A stretch of DNA of 64,000 bases from Candidatus Omnitrophota bacterium (GCA_043826355.1 JBDRQI010000031.1:1-64000), one strand, 5' to 3'. Positions 49,767 to 59,781 are shown, counted from the stretch's first letter. Made by a program: numbers and translations. Notes: generated by a model from the sequence alone, not told the origin.

Positions 49767-49864
49767 ATTTACATACCCGATTTGTTACTGGCACAAGCCT
49801 AGATTCATCTTATCACAGATTTACCCTACCCTGCTACTCACTATTGTTTTACTTCAACATTGGG
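49767..49864 (+). repeat. Intergenic module R6 (partial)
   Basis: Closely similar to 59543-59640; encodes IYIPDLLLAQA*. Confidence 0.88.
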
Positions 49865-50003
49865 AATACCGGCCGCTTCGATATGCTCCATGATTCCCCC
49901 AATAACCATGTCCTGTATATCGCAGATAGTGTCACGTCTATTCCCAGCGCATCCTCTAAAAATTTATCAATGAGAACCGGGTGCTGCGACGAAACATTCA
50001 CTG

Positions 50004-51152
50004 CTAGACCAGCAGGGTAAAGAAAAAGGTTGAACCTTTGTTAATCTCGCTTTCGGCCCAGATTCTGCCTCCGGCGGCTTCAACGATATGGCGCACAATG
50101 GAAAGACCCAAACCGGTCCCTCCCAGCTGTCTGCTGCGGCCTTTGTCCACCCGGTAAAACCGTTCAAAAATACGCGGTAAATCCTCTGTCGGAATTCCAA
50201 TTCCAGAGTCTGAAACCCTAACTAAAACTTCGTTTTCGGAAAGAGTGCCGTTGATTTCAACTCGTCCACCGGCAGGTGTGTATTTAAAAGCATTGTCGAG
50301 CAGATTTCCAAAAACCTGCTCCAGCCGGCGCTTATCCGCCCTTACCTTAGGTAGCTCATCCGGAAGGGTAACAGACAATTGAATTCCTTTCTTTTTTGCT
50401 TCCTGAAATAAATCAAGAAAGAAATGGCTCGCAAAATTAGCCAGGTTTATTTCTTCAAACTTATAGGGAAGAATTCTGTCTTCAACTTCTGCCAAAGCTA
50501 GTAAGTCTTTGGCTAAAGCGGATAATCGCTGTACCTGCCGGCTGGCGATTTCATAAAAAGATTCCCCCTCCTTTGCCAAAAACTGATGCATGGTCTCGAG
50601 AGCTGTGCCCAATGTGGCCAAGGGGCTGCGCAGCTCATGGGAGGCGTTAGCGGTGAATTCCCGGCGTTGCAAAGCCAATTGCTGCTCACGGGTTAAATCA
50701 TGTCCGATCAAAAATATCCCGTTTTCATCCGGATAAAGAGCGATTGAAAATAACTTGCGTTCCAGGAAAAACTCAACCGGTTCTTTACGGAACTGTTTAT
50801 CCTGCAGCGTCTGGGCAATCAGCCGGTTCAGGCCTTCGTTTTGGGTCATCTCCCAGTAATTCCGGTCGATTGGTTCCGGGATTCGAAAAAACTTGGCAGT
50901 TTCCTGGTTGGCGAACCGAACGATTCCCGTAGAAGAAAGACCGACTACAAACCCGGGTCCTTTATCAAAAAGATTTTTCAGGTAATGGTTCTCTTCGGTA
51001 ATATCCTCCTTGTTTTTCAGTAATTCGGATATTTGGTCGTTCAGCGCTTCTTTTTCCCGCAACGCTTCCGCGGCCCGTTTTTTTTGCTTTAAATAACGGA
51101 ACCAGAGAGCGACAAGAAGGAGAAAAAAGAGAACAGCTAAGAATGATGGCAT
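50004..51152 (-). CDS. phoR: Phosphate-sensing histidine kinase
   Basis: ANASHELRSPL, NLLDNAFKY, DSGIGI, FYRVDKGRSR, GGTGLGL; adjacent to phoB and pst. Confidence 0.9.
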   Translation of the reverse strand: MPSFLAVLFFLLLVALWFRYLKQKKRAAEALREKEALNDQISELLKNKEDITEENHYLKNLFDKGPGFVVGLSSTGIVRFANQETAKFFRIPEPIDRNYWEMTQNEGLNRLIAQTLQDKQFRKEPVEFFLERKLFSIALYPDENGIFLIGHDLTREQQLALQRREFTANASHELRSPLATLGTALETMHQFLAKEGESFYEIASRQVQRLSALAKDLLALAEVEDRILPYKFEEINLANFASHFFLDLFQEAKKKGIQLSVTLPDELPKVRADKRRLEQVFGNLLDNAFKYTPAGGRVEINGTLSENEVLVRVSDSGIGIPTEDLPRIFERFYRVDKGRSRQLGGTGLGLSIVRHIVEAAGGRIWAESEINKGSTFFFTLLV

Positions 51153-51159
51153 AAAATTT

Positions 51160-51843
51160 TTAATCGGGTTTTAGGCGGTAGCCAACGCCGCGTATGGTCT
51201 CAATCATATTACCTGCTTCATCCAACTTTTCCCGAAGTTCCTTGACGTGTACGTCCACGGTCCGGTCAATCGTGACCCGGTCCGGGGAGACTTCCCTTAA
51301 AATCTGGCGCCGGGAAAGGACCCGGCCTTTATTCTCCGCCAAAAACCAGAGCAGTCGGAATTCAAAACCGGTAAGCGACAGGATTTTGTTTTTTAATTTA
51401 ACTTCGTATTTTCCCTTGTCCAGCGAAAGCGGTCCCACAATCAAAACCTCTTGGCCTCCGCCAGCCTTGAAAGTGTTACGGCGCATAATTACTTTTATCC
51501 GCGCCAGTAATTCCCGCATGCTAAAGGGCTTAGTCAAATAATCGTCCGCGCCAAGCTCCAGCCCCACGACTTTATCCGATTCTTCACCCTTGGCGGTCAG
51601 CATCAGAATCGGAATGCCGGCGGTCGCCGAGACTCTTTTCAGGTGGCGGCAAACATCCAACCCGTTCATTTCCGGCAACATTAAATCCAAAATAATAGCA
51701 TCCGGCATCTTTCGGGCGCGCTCCAGTCCGGAAAACCCGTCATAGGCCACCGCAACCTCGTAGCCTTCTTTCTGCAGGTTGAACTTTAGAAGTTCTACCA
51801 GATCCTGCTCGTCATCAATCACCAGTATTTTTAGTTTTGCCAC
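51160..51843 (-). CDS. phoB: OmpR/PhoB-family response regulator
   Basis: REC domain (DLMLP, GADDYLTKPF) and winged helix (RTVDVHV, TIRGVGY). Confidence 0.9.
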   Translation of the reverse strand: MAKLKILVIDDEQDLVELLKFNLQKEGYEVAVAYDGFSGLERARKMPDAIILDLMLPEMNGLDVCRHLKRVSATAGIPILMLTAKGEESDKVVGLELGADDYLTKPFSMRELLARIKVIMRRNTFKAGGGQEVLIVGPLSLDKGKYEVKLKNKILSLTGFEFRLLWFLAENKGRVLSRRQILREVSPDRVTIDRTVDVHVKELREKLDEAGNMIETIRGVGYRLKPD

Positions 51844-51921
51844 TTCTCATATTTTACACCGCTCCCTCTACAAATACAAGATTAACGCTGTCACCGGTGG
51901 TTGTTGTCGCCGCAGGATTTT

Positions 51922-51976
51922 CTTAATCAATTCTTAACATTAGCTTTATACTCACTTAATATCCGGGGCTTAAACT
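51922..51976 (+). promoter_or_regulatory. Putative Pho-box array and -10 element
   Basis: CTTAATC (51922), CTTAACA (51933), CTTTATA (51944), CTTAATA (51955) at exact 11-bp spacing; TAAACT at 51971. Confidence 0.75.
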
Positions 51977-52028
51977 ATCTGGCGTACGAGGAGAAACACA
52001 TTCACTTCTCCGCAAGCAAGGAGGCAGG

Positions 52029-52379
52029 ATGGATAAGAAGATATGGAAAGTGAGGATTAAGAAGACCTACGCGGATGCCACCAACCACGTCGTAGTCGGA
52101 GAGGTTTTGGAAATGACACCAATCTACATTAAGCTAAAATGCCGGGCGTATCATTTCAAAAAACCAATGCAGGCATCATCAGGCCCCGGAGGTATTTTCG
52201 TAAGCGATACGAAAGTGAGAATCTTCCCGTGGCAGGTGATTTCTTACATTACGGAACTCCCGGAAGATTTTAACTGGGAAGATAACGTAGTTGAACTTAC
52301 CGGAAAAGGGGAAATTATTCTTAAGCAAAATGAGATGAACGTCACTATTAAGGGTGGTGGCGGATGGATAAATCAATAA
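52029..52379 (+). CDS. Hypothetical protein, first gene of the Pho-regulated operon
   Basis: GGAGG RBS; 116-aa beta-rich ORF with no recognised family. Confidence 0.75.
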   Translation: MDKKIWKVRIKKTYADATNHVVVGEVLEMTPIYIKLKCRAYHFKKPMQASSGPGGIFVSDTKVRIFPWQVISYITELPEDFNWEDNVVELTGKGEIILKQNEMNVTIKGGGGWINQ

Positions 52380-52405
52380 AACCCTTACAATTAATGGGAG
52401 GAAAA

Positions 52406-53647
52406 ATGAGCAAGTGGATATGGATGTTGATGGGCGCGGCGGTTCTTTTTGGAGGATTGGCCGGTAAGGTGTTGGCGGCTGACCCGGTTATCGAAATGCT
52501 GCAGGAAAAAGGCGTCATCACGGCGGGTGAAGCCCAGACACTCTACGATGAAAAAGCAAAGTCGGAGCCGGTCCTGCTTTCTACGGCCGGATCCAAATTG
52601 AAGATGAGGGGCCGGATTTTCGCCGGTTACTACGTGAGCGATGAGGATAAAAACTACGCTGCCAAATACGATTCGGGCAGCTACAAGAATTACAAGGACG
52701 GCTCCTTTGAACTACCGGACGGCAAGCTCCAACTAACCTGGAACCCGCTGGAACGTCTTTCGGTGGTAACACGCCTGAGTTTCAGCAACGCCGCTGCCGC
52801 CACGCCTGACTACTTGTACGTCCAGTACAACGGCATCGTTCCCGGAGACCGTAACAGCCGGTTAAGGGTGGGCAAGATGAAGGTTGATTTCGGCGAGGAA
52901 ACCCTTACCGACAACGCGGTGGATAACAATGTCGGCTTAGTCTCCAACTCCGCTTCTATCGCCGGCGGATACGACGAAGGGATAGAACTTTACGGTAACT
53001 TCATTCCCGGCATCTTCGGCTATACGCTGGGCTTGACCAACGGCTCAAGCGGCACCGGAGCCGATAACAACACGAACAAGGCAATAGCGGCCAAGCTGTT
53101 TGTCAAACCGATACCACAGCTCCATTTTTCCGGCAGTTACTACACCGCCGACATTGCAGACGGGAGTACAGCCGATTTCAGGATTGCGGGTATCAATTCG
53201 GAACCAACCGGTTCGGGAGCCGGCGGATGGAACCGGAACGTCTGGGAAGTTGACGTCAAGAGCAGGTTCTTCCAGGAGGACAAAAAAACAGAAATAGCCC
53301 GGCTGGCAGCGGCCTACGGACAGTTTGCCGATGAAGCCAGTGGAGCCGCGGACCGCGAAGGTACTTACTACTTCCTGGAAGGTATGTACAACTTCACGCC
53401 GAAAGTTTTCGCCGGCGCCAGATACAGCGTTGTAAAACTGGATAACAATTACGCCACGACCATGCACGGCATTAAGGAGGCCAACGAGTACACGCGCACC
53501 AGCTTAGGCATGGGCTACCGTCTAAATAAACTGGTAACCCTGAAAGCCGAGTACTCCTGGAACGGCATCGAGCGCATCGATGGCGGCACAGGCAACAAAT
53601 CTCTGTCCGATAACCTGCTGATAGTCGGTGCTTCAGCAACGTTTTAA
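52406..53647 (+). CDS. Outer-membrane porin, probably phosphate-selective
   Basis: Signal peptide, amphipathic beta strands, terminal Phe; LQEKGVITA N-terminal motif; located before pstS. Confidence 0.8.
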   Translation: MSKWIWMLMGAAVLFGGLAGKVLAADPVIEMLQEKGVITAGEAQTLYDEKAKSEPVLLSTAGSKLKMRGRIFAGYYVSDEDKNYAAKYDSGSYKNYKDGSFELPDGKLQLTWNPLERLSVVTRLSFSNAAAATPDYLYVQYNGIVPGDRNSRLRVGKMKVDFGEETLTDNAVDNNVGLVSNSASIAGGYDEGIELYGNFIPGIFGYTLGLTNGSSGTGADNNTNKAIAAKLFVKPIPQLHFSGSYYTADIADGSTADFRIAGINSEPTGSGAGGWNRNVWEVDVKSRFFQEDKKTEIARLAAAYGQFADEASGAADREGTYYFLEGMYNFTPKVFAGARYSVVKLDNNYATTMHGIKEANEYTRTSLGMGYRLNKLVTLKAEYSWNGIERIDGGTGNKSLSDNLLIVGASATF

Positions 53648-53659
53648 AAAACGTACTTT

Positions 53660-53704
53660 CACCCCCACCTACACCTCCCCCGTCAAGGGGGAGGGATGAG
53701 GGGT
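53660..53704. repeat. REP-like element
   Basis: CACCCCCACCTACACCTCCCCCGTCAAGGGGGAGGGATGAGGGGT. Confidence 0.7.
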
Positions 53705-53723
53705 GACTACACAGGAGAATAAG

Positions 53724-54539
53724 ATGAAAAAAATAATGTTAGGCGCAGCGGTTTTTTTTGTCTTGGCGGGAAGCGTTGCCTATGGTCAGAGGGCAAATAA
53801 AGTTACCCTCCAGGGTTCCACAACGGTATTGCCAATCGCCCAGAGGGCGGCCGAGAATTTTATGAAGAAGTATCCGACGGTCAACGTGACGGTCCGGGGC
53901 GGCGGTTCCGGTACCGGCATCAACGCGCTGTTGGCCGGGACCACCGACATTGCTCAAAGCAGCCGGGCGATGAAACGCGCCGAAAAGGAAAAACTGGCTT
54001 CCACCGGCGGCAGTGCAGTAGAGTATAAGGTTGCGATTGACGGGCTCATGCTGGTGGTCAACCCGTCCAACCCGGTAACCGGACTGACTCTGCAGCAGGC
54101 AAAAGACATCTTCACCGGAGCCATAACCAATTGGTCGGAAGTCGGCGGCAAAGACGAAAAGATAGTTCTGGTCAGCCGGGATACCTCCAGCGGTACCTAT
54201 GAAGCGTTTAAAGAATTAGTCTTGAAAGGGTCAAACCCGGCATCAAACGCGCTTCTGCAGGCGTCAAACCAGGCGGTGGCAACTGCGGTCGGCCAGACGC
54301 CAACCGCCATTGGGTACATCGGTTTGGGATATGCGTCAGATAAAACCAAAGCTCTTACAGTCAACGGGGTTCAACCTACGGTTGAAACCGTCAAAAAGGG
54401 AAAATACCTGGTAAGACGTTATCTCTACATGTACACTAACGGCCCGGCGAAAGGCCTTGCGGGTTCATTTATCAACTTCGTCCTCTCGGCCGAAGGCCAG
54501 AAGATTGTAGCTGAAGAAGGTTTTGTGCCGCTGAATTAA
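53724..54539 (+). CDS. pstS: Phosphate ABC transporter substrate-binding protein
   Basis: GSTTVLP, GGGSGTG, RDTSSGT. Confidence 0.93.
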   Translation: MKKIMLGAAVFFVLAGSVAYGQRANKVTLQGSTTVLPIAQRAAENFMKKYPTVNVTVRGGGSGTGINALLAGTTDIAQSSRAMKRAEKEKLASTGGSAVEYKVAIDGLMLVVNPSNPVTGLTLQQAKDIFTGAITNWSEVGGKDEKIVLVSRDTSSGTYEAFKELVLKGSNPASNALLQASNQAVATAVGQTPTAIGYIGLGYASDKTKALTVNGVQPTVETVKKGKYLVRRYLYMYTNGPAKGLAGSFINFVLSAEGQKIVAEEGFVPLN

Positions 54540-54557
54540 AAAGTTGTTTCCTCCAAA

Positions 54558-54590
54558 GGAAGGAGCGGAGTATTTAACTCCGCTCCTTCC
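54558..54590. terminator. Stem-loop after pstS (attenuator or mRNA stabiliser)
   Basis: GGAAGGAGCGGAGT-N5-ACTCCGCTCCTTCC perfect 14-bp stem. Confidence 0.65.
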
Positions 54591-54613
54591 ACAGTTCAAC
54601 CTTTAAAACAAAG

Positions 54614-55486
54614 ATGCAAACGGAAAATATCATTCGCCGGTCGTTCCTCCTGGTAACCATTACCTCCGTCATCTTCCTGATTGGCATCTTGGTTACCTTA
54701 ATACTAAACGCGTTGCCGGCTCTAAGGGAGATAGGAATCGGGTTTTTTACCACAACCTTTTGGTATCCGACCGCCGAACCGCCGAAATTCGGCGCCATAC
54801 CCCTGATTGCCGCTTCGCTCTGGATTACCGCCGGCGCGCTCCTCTTCTCGGTTCCCCTGGGCGTTCTCTTTTCGTTGTTTCTTTCCGAATGTCTGCCGGA
54901 AAAGATTAAAGCATTCCTGAAACCAACGGTAGAATTATTAGCTAACATACCTTCGGTTATCTATGGATTATTCGGCATGGTCTTCCTGTCGCCCCTGGTG
55001 ATGCGCCTTTTCGGTCTGCCGGTAGGATTGAACGGTTTAACCGCATCAATCGTGCTGGGGATTATGGCCTTGCCTACCATTACCTCTGTCTGTGAAGATT
55101 CCCTTAACGCCGTCCCCCGCACCTACCGGGAAGCGTCATTAGCGCTGGGCGCAACCAAGTGGGAAACCATGATTCACGTTACCCTGCCGGCTGCGGCTTC
55201 CGGAGTTTCCGCGGCGGTGGTTTTGGGTTTAGGCCGTGCCATCGGCGAAACGATGACCGTCTTAATGGTGTCCGGAGGCGCGGCGGTGATACCCCGCTCG
55301 CTTTTACAGCCGATGAGACCCATCACCGCTACTATTGCCGCGGAAATGGGCGAAACTGCGGTCGGAAGTCTCCACTATCAAAGTCTTTTCACGCTCGCCC
55401 TTTTTCTGCTGATTATAACCTTATTTGTCAACCATATATCCGACGTTGTCGCGGCAAGGTCGCGCCAACGGTTTAAGGTTCAATAA
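54614..55486 (+). CDS. pstC: Phosphate ABC transporter permease
   Basis: ELLANIPSVIYG, GRAIGETM. Confidence 0.94.
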   Translation: MQTENIIRRSFLLVTITSVIFLIGILVTLILNALPALREIGIGFFTTTFWYPTAEPPKFGAIPLIAASLWITAGALLFSVPLGVLFSLFLSECLPEKIKAFLKPTVELLANIPSVIYGLFGMVFLSPLVMRLFGLPVGLNGLTASIVLGIMALPTITSVCEDSLNAVPRTYREASLALGATKWETMIHVTLPAAASGVSAAVVLGLGRAIGETMTVLMVSGGAAVIPRSLLQPMRPITATIAAEMGETAVGSLHYQSLFTLALFLLIITLFVNHISDVVAARSRQRFKVQ

Positions 55487-55487
55487 G

Positions 55488-56348
55488 ATGAAAAGAAACC
55501 GGTTTCTGATCCAAAAATTCTGGTTTGGTATTCTGGGCCTTTCCGGCTTGGTAATCGCCATTATTCTGTTTGCGATTGTCTTTTTCGTTGTAACCAGAGG
55601 ATCCCGGGTAATAAGCTGGGAATTCCTGACCGCCGCCCCAAAAGACGGCATGACCGCCGGCGGCATCTTTCCCGCCATCATCGGAACTTTTTACCTAACC
55701 CTGCTGGCGATTACCGCTGCTTTACCGGTCGGCGTAATTACCGCAATCTATCTTAATGAATACGCAGACCGAACCAGCCACCTGGTCCGATTATCCCGAA
55801 AGGCAGTCAATGCCCTGGCCGGCATCCCTTCGGTCGTCTTCGGCCTTTTCGGCCTGGCCCTCTTCGTAAACTTCCTGCACTTCGGCGTTTCCATCCTTTC
55901 CGGCGGACTGACCTTGGCAATCATGATTCTGCCGGTAATCATCCGTTCTTCGGAAGAAGCGCTCTCCGCGGTACCCTTCTCCTTCCGGGAAGCATCGTTG
56001 GCCCTGGGCGCCAGCAAATGGTACACCATCCGACGGGCAGTATTGCCGACCGCGCTCCCGGGTATCTTCACCGGCGCCATCCTGGGCATCGGTCGGGTGG
56101 CCGGAGAGACCGCGCCGATTATGTTTACCGCAGCCACTTTTTTCACCGGCCGATTACCTTCCTCGATCAGAGACGAAGTTATGGCGTTGCCTTACCACAT
56201 TTACGGCCTGATGACCGAGGGAACACGCCCGGAACAACAGGCGCCGATCGCCTACGGAACCGCGTTGGTGCTCCTGATTTTGGTCCTGGGTATCGATTTA
56301 ATCGCCATTTTGTGGCGTTACCGGTCCCGCAAAACAAAAAAATGGTAA
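55488..56348 (+). CDS. pstA: Phosphate ABC transporter permease
   Basis: [27 protein letters not shown]. Confidence 0.94.
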   Translation: MKRNRFLIQKFWFGILGLSGLVIAIILFAIVFFVVTRGSRVISWEFLTAAPKDGMTAGGIFPAIIGTFYLTLLAITAALPVGVITAIYLNEYADRTSHLVRLSRKAVNALAGIPSVVFGLFGLALFVNFLHFGVSILSGGLTLAIMILPVIIRSSEEALSAVPFSFREASLALGASKWYTIRRAVLPTALPGIFTGAILGIGRVAGETAPIMFTAATFFTGRLPSSIRDEVMALPYHIYGLMTEGTRPEQQAPIAYGTALVLLILVLGIDLIAILWRYRSRKTKKW

Positions 56349-56349
56349 A

Positions 56350-57105
56350 ATGGAAAAAATAATTGAAATCAAAAAACTGAATCTCTGGTTCGGCGAGAAA
56401 CATATCTTAAAGGACATCGACCTGGATTTCCAGGCAAACGAAATTTCGGCCATCATCGGGCCTTCCGGCTGCGGCAAATCAACCCTTATCCGAACCTTGA
56501 ACCGGATGAACGACCTGATTCCTGAAACAAGAATTGAAGGCGGCATACTTCTGGACGGACAGGACATATACGACGGGTGCCATAACGTTGTCAATCTGCG
56601 CACAAAGGTAGGGATGGTCTTCCAGCGGCCGAACCCTTTCCCAAAGTCAATCTTTGAAAATGTGGCTTACGGGTTGCGCGTTCAGGGAATTCACAACCGC
56701 CGGGAGATTGCCGGCCGGGTTGAAAATACACTGAAAGCCGCAGCCCTCTGGAACGAAGTAAAGGACAACCTGAACCAAAACGCCTTCCAACTCTCCGGCG
56801 GACAGCAGCAACGGTTGTGTATAGCCAGAGCGTTGGCAATAGAGCCGGAAGTTATTTTGTTCGACGAACCCTGTTCGGCCCTGGACCCGATTTCCACTGC
56901 GCGTATAGAAGAACTTCTGCTCAAGTTGAAAATTTCTTATACGATAATCATCGTCACCCACAACATGCAACAGGCGGCGCGCGTCGCCGACACAACCGCT
57001 TTTCTGCTGATGGGCGAGATGATTGAGGTTGGAGCGACCAGCCAGATTTTCAAACAACCGAAAGACAAGCGGACTGAAGATTACATAACCGGGAGGTTCG
57101 GATAA
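56350..57105 (+). CDS. pstB: Phosphate ABC ATPase (canonical)
   Basis: [31 protein letters not shown]. Confidence 0.96.
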   Translation: MEKIIEIKKLNLWFGEKHILKDIDLDFQANEISAIIGPSGCGKSTLIRTLNRMNDLIPETRIEGGILLDGQDIYDGCHNVVNLRTKVGMVFQRPNPFPKSIFENVAYGLRVQGIHNRREIAGRVENTLKAAALWNEVKDNLNQNAFQLSGGQQQRLCIARALAIEPEVILFDEPCSALDPISTARIEELLLKLKISYTIIIVTHNMQQAARVADTTAFLLMGEMIEVGATSQIFKQPKDKRTEDYITGRFG

Positions 57106-57764
57106 TGGAACGACATTTTGATTTCGAATTAGAGGAGTTGAAAAGGATGCTTCTGACGATGAGTGGAATGGTTGAGGAAGCTATCGATAAGGCGGTCTCT
57201 TCTTTGGAAAAACTGTCTCCGGAACTGGCCCGGGAAGTGATTTCCGCAGACCAGCGCATAGACCAACTTGAGATAGATATTGACGACAAGACCTTTGAAC
57301 TAATTATGCGGCACCAGCCGCTGGCTAGCGATCTAAGATTAATTCTAATGGCCGGTCAAATCGGTTCGGAGCTGGAACGGATAGCAGACTTAGCGGTTGA
57401 CATCGCCCAGCGTACCCTGGAACTTGCCGGACAGCCGTTAATCAAGCCGCTGGTTGATATACCTAAACTTTCTACTTTAGCCCGTCAGATGGTCAGGGAA
57501 AGCATTGCATCCTTTATCAGCCTTGATGGCGAATTGGCCCGTTTCGTCTGCAGTAAAGATGACGGGGCTGATTTCTTGAGGGATGCGATCTATAAGGAGC
57601 TAACCGAAATTGTCAGCCGGGACGGAAGTTTAGCGGGCAGGGCAATACCGCTCATCCTGGTCAGCCGTCATCTGGAACGCATCTGCGACCACGCCACCAA
57701 TATTGCAGAAGAAGTGGTCTTCCTGGTAGAAGCAAAATCCATCAAGCACTCTGAAAAGGGATAA
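57105..57764 (+). CDS. phoU: PhoU
   Basis: QPLASDLR, LERICDHATNIAE; close paralog of 39977-40633. Confidence 0.95.
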   Translation: MERHFDFELEELKRMLLTMSGMVEEAIDKAVSSLEKLSPELAREVISADQRIDQLEIDIDDKTFELIMRHQPLASDLRLILMAGQIGSELERIADLAVDIAQRTLELAGQPLIKPLVDIPKLSTLARQMVRESIASFISLDGELARFVCSKDDGADFLRDAIYKELTEIVSRDGSLAGRAIPLILVSRHLERICDHATNIAEEVVFLVEAKSIKHSEKG

Positions 57765-57812
57765 AAAGACGATGTTGTTAGCAATTGTGTTCAGTAAATA
57801 GAGGTGACAAAA

Positions 57813-59162
57813 ATGAAAAACATAATTATAATCGGTGGCAGTGATGCGGGTATAAGCGCTGCTTTAAGAGCAAAAGAAATAAACCCGGAAATAACTCCGA
57901 CTATGATAGTGGCTGACATTTTCCCTAATTTCAGCATTTGCGGCTTGCCCTATTATATCAGCCGGGAAGTGACTCATTGGGAGAACCTGGCGCACAGAAC
58001 AAAGCAGGATATTGAAAACGAAGGAATCAATTTGTTGCTCGAACACACTGCTCAATCTATCAATACAGAAACAAAACAGGTAACCGTTCTTGATAAATCA
58101 GGGGTTGCAAAAATTCTGGATTATGATAAATTCATAATTGGAACCGGCGCGGTATCTTTAAAACCCGACATTGCCGGATTAGATAACCCGGGGGTTTTCT
58201 TTTTGCGTTGGATACCGGAAGGCGTTGCCATTGACGAATTTCTGAAAAACCGGAACCCAAAAACAGCGGTGATAATCGGCGCCGGATATATCGGTATGGA
58301 AATGTCCGAAGCATTAACCAAACGCGGGGTAAAAATAACTGTTGTCGAATACGCCGAATCGGTATTACCGTCATTTGACGCTGACCTCGGAAAACAGATT
58401 CGAGACCTGCTTACGCGAAACGGATTAACGGTGCACAATAAAATATCTATCAACTCTATCAACAAAATTTCAGATAGACTTTTGGTTAAAGGAACGGACA
58501 ATTTTGAGATTTCAACGGATATGGTATTAGTGGCCGCCGGCAGCGCTCCGAATGCGGCGCTTGGTCAATCGGCCGGTATTAACACCGGAATAAAAGGCGC
58601 GCTTAAAGTTAATCTGAAAATGGAGACGAACATACCTGATATTTATGCGGCTGGCGACTGTGCTGAAACATGGCATAACATTTTACAGAAATACACCTAT
58701 CTTCCCCTGGGAACGGTTGCGCATAAACAGGGCAGAGTTGCCGGAGAAAATGCGATGGGTGGTGATAAGGAATTTACCGGCACGTTAGGCACGCAATCGG
58801 TAAAAATATTCGATAAGGTTGTGGCCCGAACAGGATTAAACAACCAAGAAGTAGTAAATGCCGACTTTCAGCCGGTTGGCGCTGATTTTGAAACCTGGGA
58901 CCATAAAGCATATTATCCGCCGGCAAGTAAATTGTATATCCGGGTAACCGCAGACAAGAAAACAAAAAGAATTCTGGGCGCGCAAATGATTGGTGCATAT
59001 GGGACAGAGATATCAAAACGTATTGATATCCTTGCCACTGCGCTATTTTATGGTGCAACAGTGAAAGAATTCAGCAATTATGACTTAAGTTATACGCCGC
59101 CTTTAAGCAGTCCGTGGGACCCGGTTCAAATGGCGGTGCAAAATCTTGAGAGAATGCTTTAA
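57813..59162 (+). CDS. CoA-disulfide reductase / NADH oxidase family flavoprotein
   Basis: FSICGLPY, GAGYIGME, AAGDC, LSYTPPLSSPWDP. Confidence 0.9.
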   Translation: MKNIIIIGGSDAGISAALRAKEINPEITPTMIVADIFPNFSICGLPYYISREVTHWENLAHRTKQDIENEGINLLLEHTAQSINTETKQVTVLDKSGVAKILDYDKFIIGTGAVSLKPDIAGLDNPGVFFLRWIPEGVAIDEFLKNRNPKTAVIIGAGYIGMEMSEALTKRGVKITVVEYAESVLPSFDADLGKQIRDLLTRNGLTVHNKISINSINKISDRLLVKGTDNFEISTDMVLVAAGSAPNAALGQSAGINTGIKGALKVNLKMETNIPDIYAAGDCAETWHNILQKYTYLPLGTVAHKQGRVAGENAMGGDKEFTGTLGTQSVKIFDKVVARTGLNNQEVVNADFQPVGADFETWDHKAYYPPASKLYIRVTADKKTKRILGAQMIGAYGTEISKRIDILATALFYGATVKEFSNYDLSYTPPLSSPWDPVQMAVQNLERML

Positions 59163-59237
59163 TTTTCTTCAGTCAAAAATCGAGGGGTATTTAAATAAAA
59201 TTCAAGAGCGGGAAAGCAACAAGCAAATACATCTCCC

Positions 59238-59469
59238 ATGGAATGCATATCCTTCATGTGGCCGTTAACCGAAGAACTCTGGTCAATCAAGGATTCAGAC
59301 TATGTTAAACGAAGATTACAAAGACATATTACAAATCTTCTCAAAAAACAGGGTTAAATTTCTTGTTGTCGGAGCCTATGCAATGGCTGCCCATGGATAT
59401 CCAAGGGCAACAGGAAGACTGAAAGACAAAGCGGATGCAAATTCTCTCAAGAACATTCCACAACATTAA
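59238..59469 (+). pseudogene. Remnants of a small-protein / nucleotidyltransferase gene pair, with an internal deletion
   Basis: 59238-59357 encodes MECISFMWPLTEELWSIK...RRLQRHITNL; 59302-59469 encodes MLNEDYKDIL...VVGAYAMAAHGYPRATG joined to RLKDKAD. Confidence 0.6.
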
Positions 59470-59490
59470 AATCGACAAAACTGAACAGCC

Positions 59491-59781
59491 GGGTGGCATC
59501 GTGGACAACGTTAGAACCAGAATTCAACGGTCAAACGAGTATATTTACATACCAAATTTGGTGCTGCCGCAAGCTTAGATTCATCTTATCACAAATCTAC
59601 CTTACCCCGCTACTCACTATTGTTTTACTTCAACATCGGGTAAAGTCACGCTGCCTCCACCACTCCGTGCTCTATTTGCTCCAGGTCTCCTCTGCCAACA
59701 CAAGAACCCTTTTACTCCACCATCCAGGCGCAATTAGTTTTGACTGCTAACCTTGACCAAAGATTGATGGGGCGATAAGGT
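59491..59781 (+). repeat. Intergenic module R5 (most complete copy)
   Basis: GGIVDNVRTRIQRSNEYIYIPNLVLPQA*, spacer blocks shared with R2, R6, R7 and R8, and TTGACC-17-TAAGGT. Confidence 0.88.

Noticed and set aside
49733..50020. ORFs 43352-43534, 49733-50020, 59493-59750 and 63344-63541 as genes
   Set aside because: They run through the repeat modules without a credible RBS; only the 43352 ORF ends in the informative tail frame.
1770..58501. Many antisense or overlapping ORFs (e.g. 1770-2528, 21243-21908, 38325-39008)
   Set aside because: They are shadows of well-supported genes on the opposite strand.
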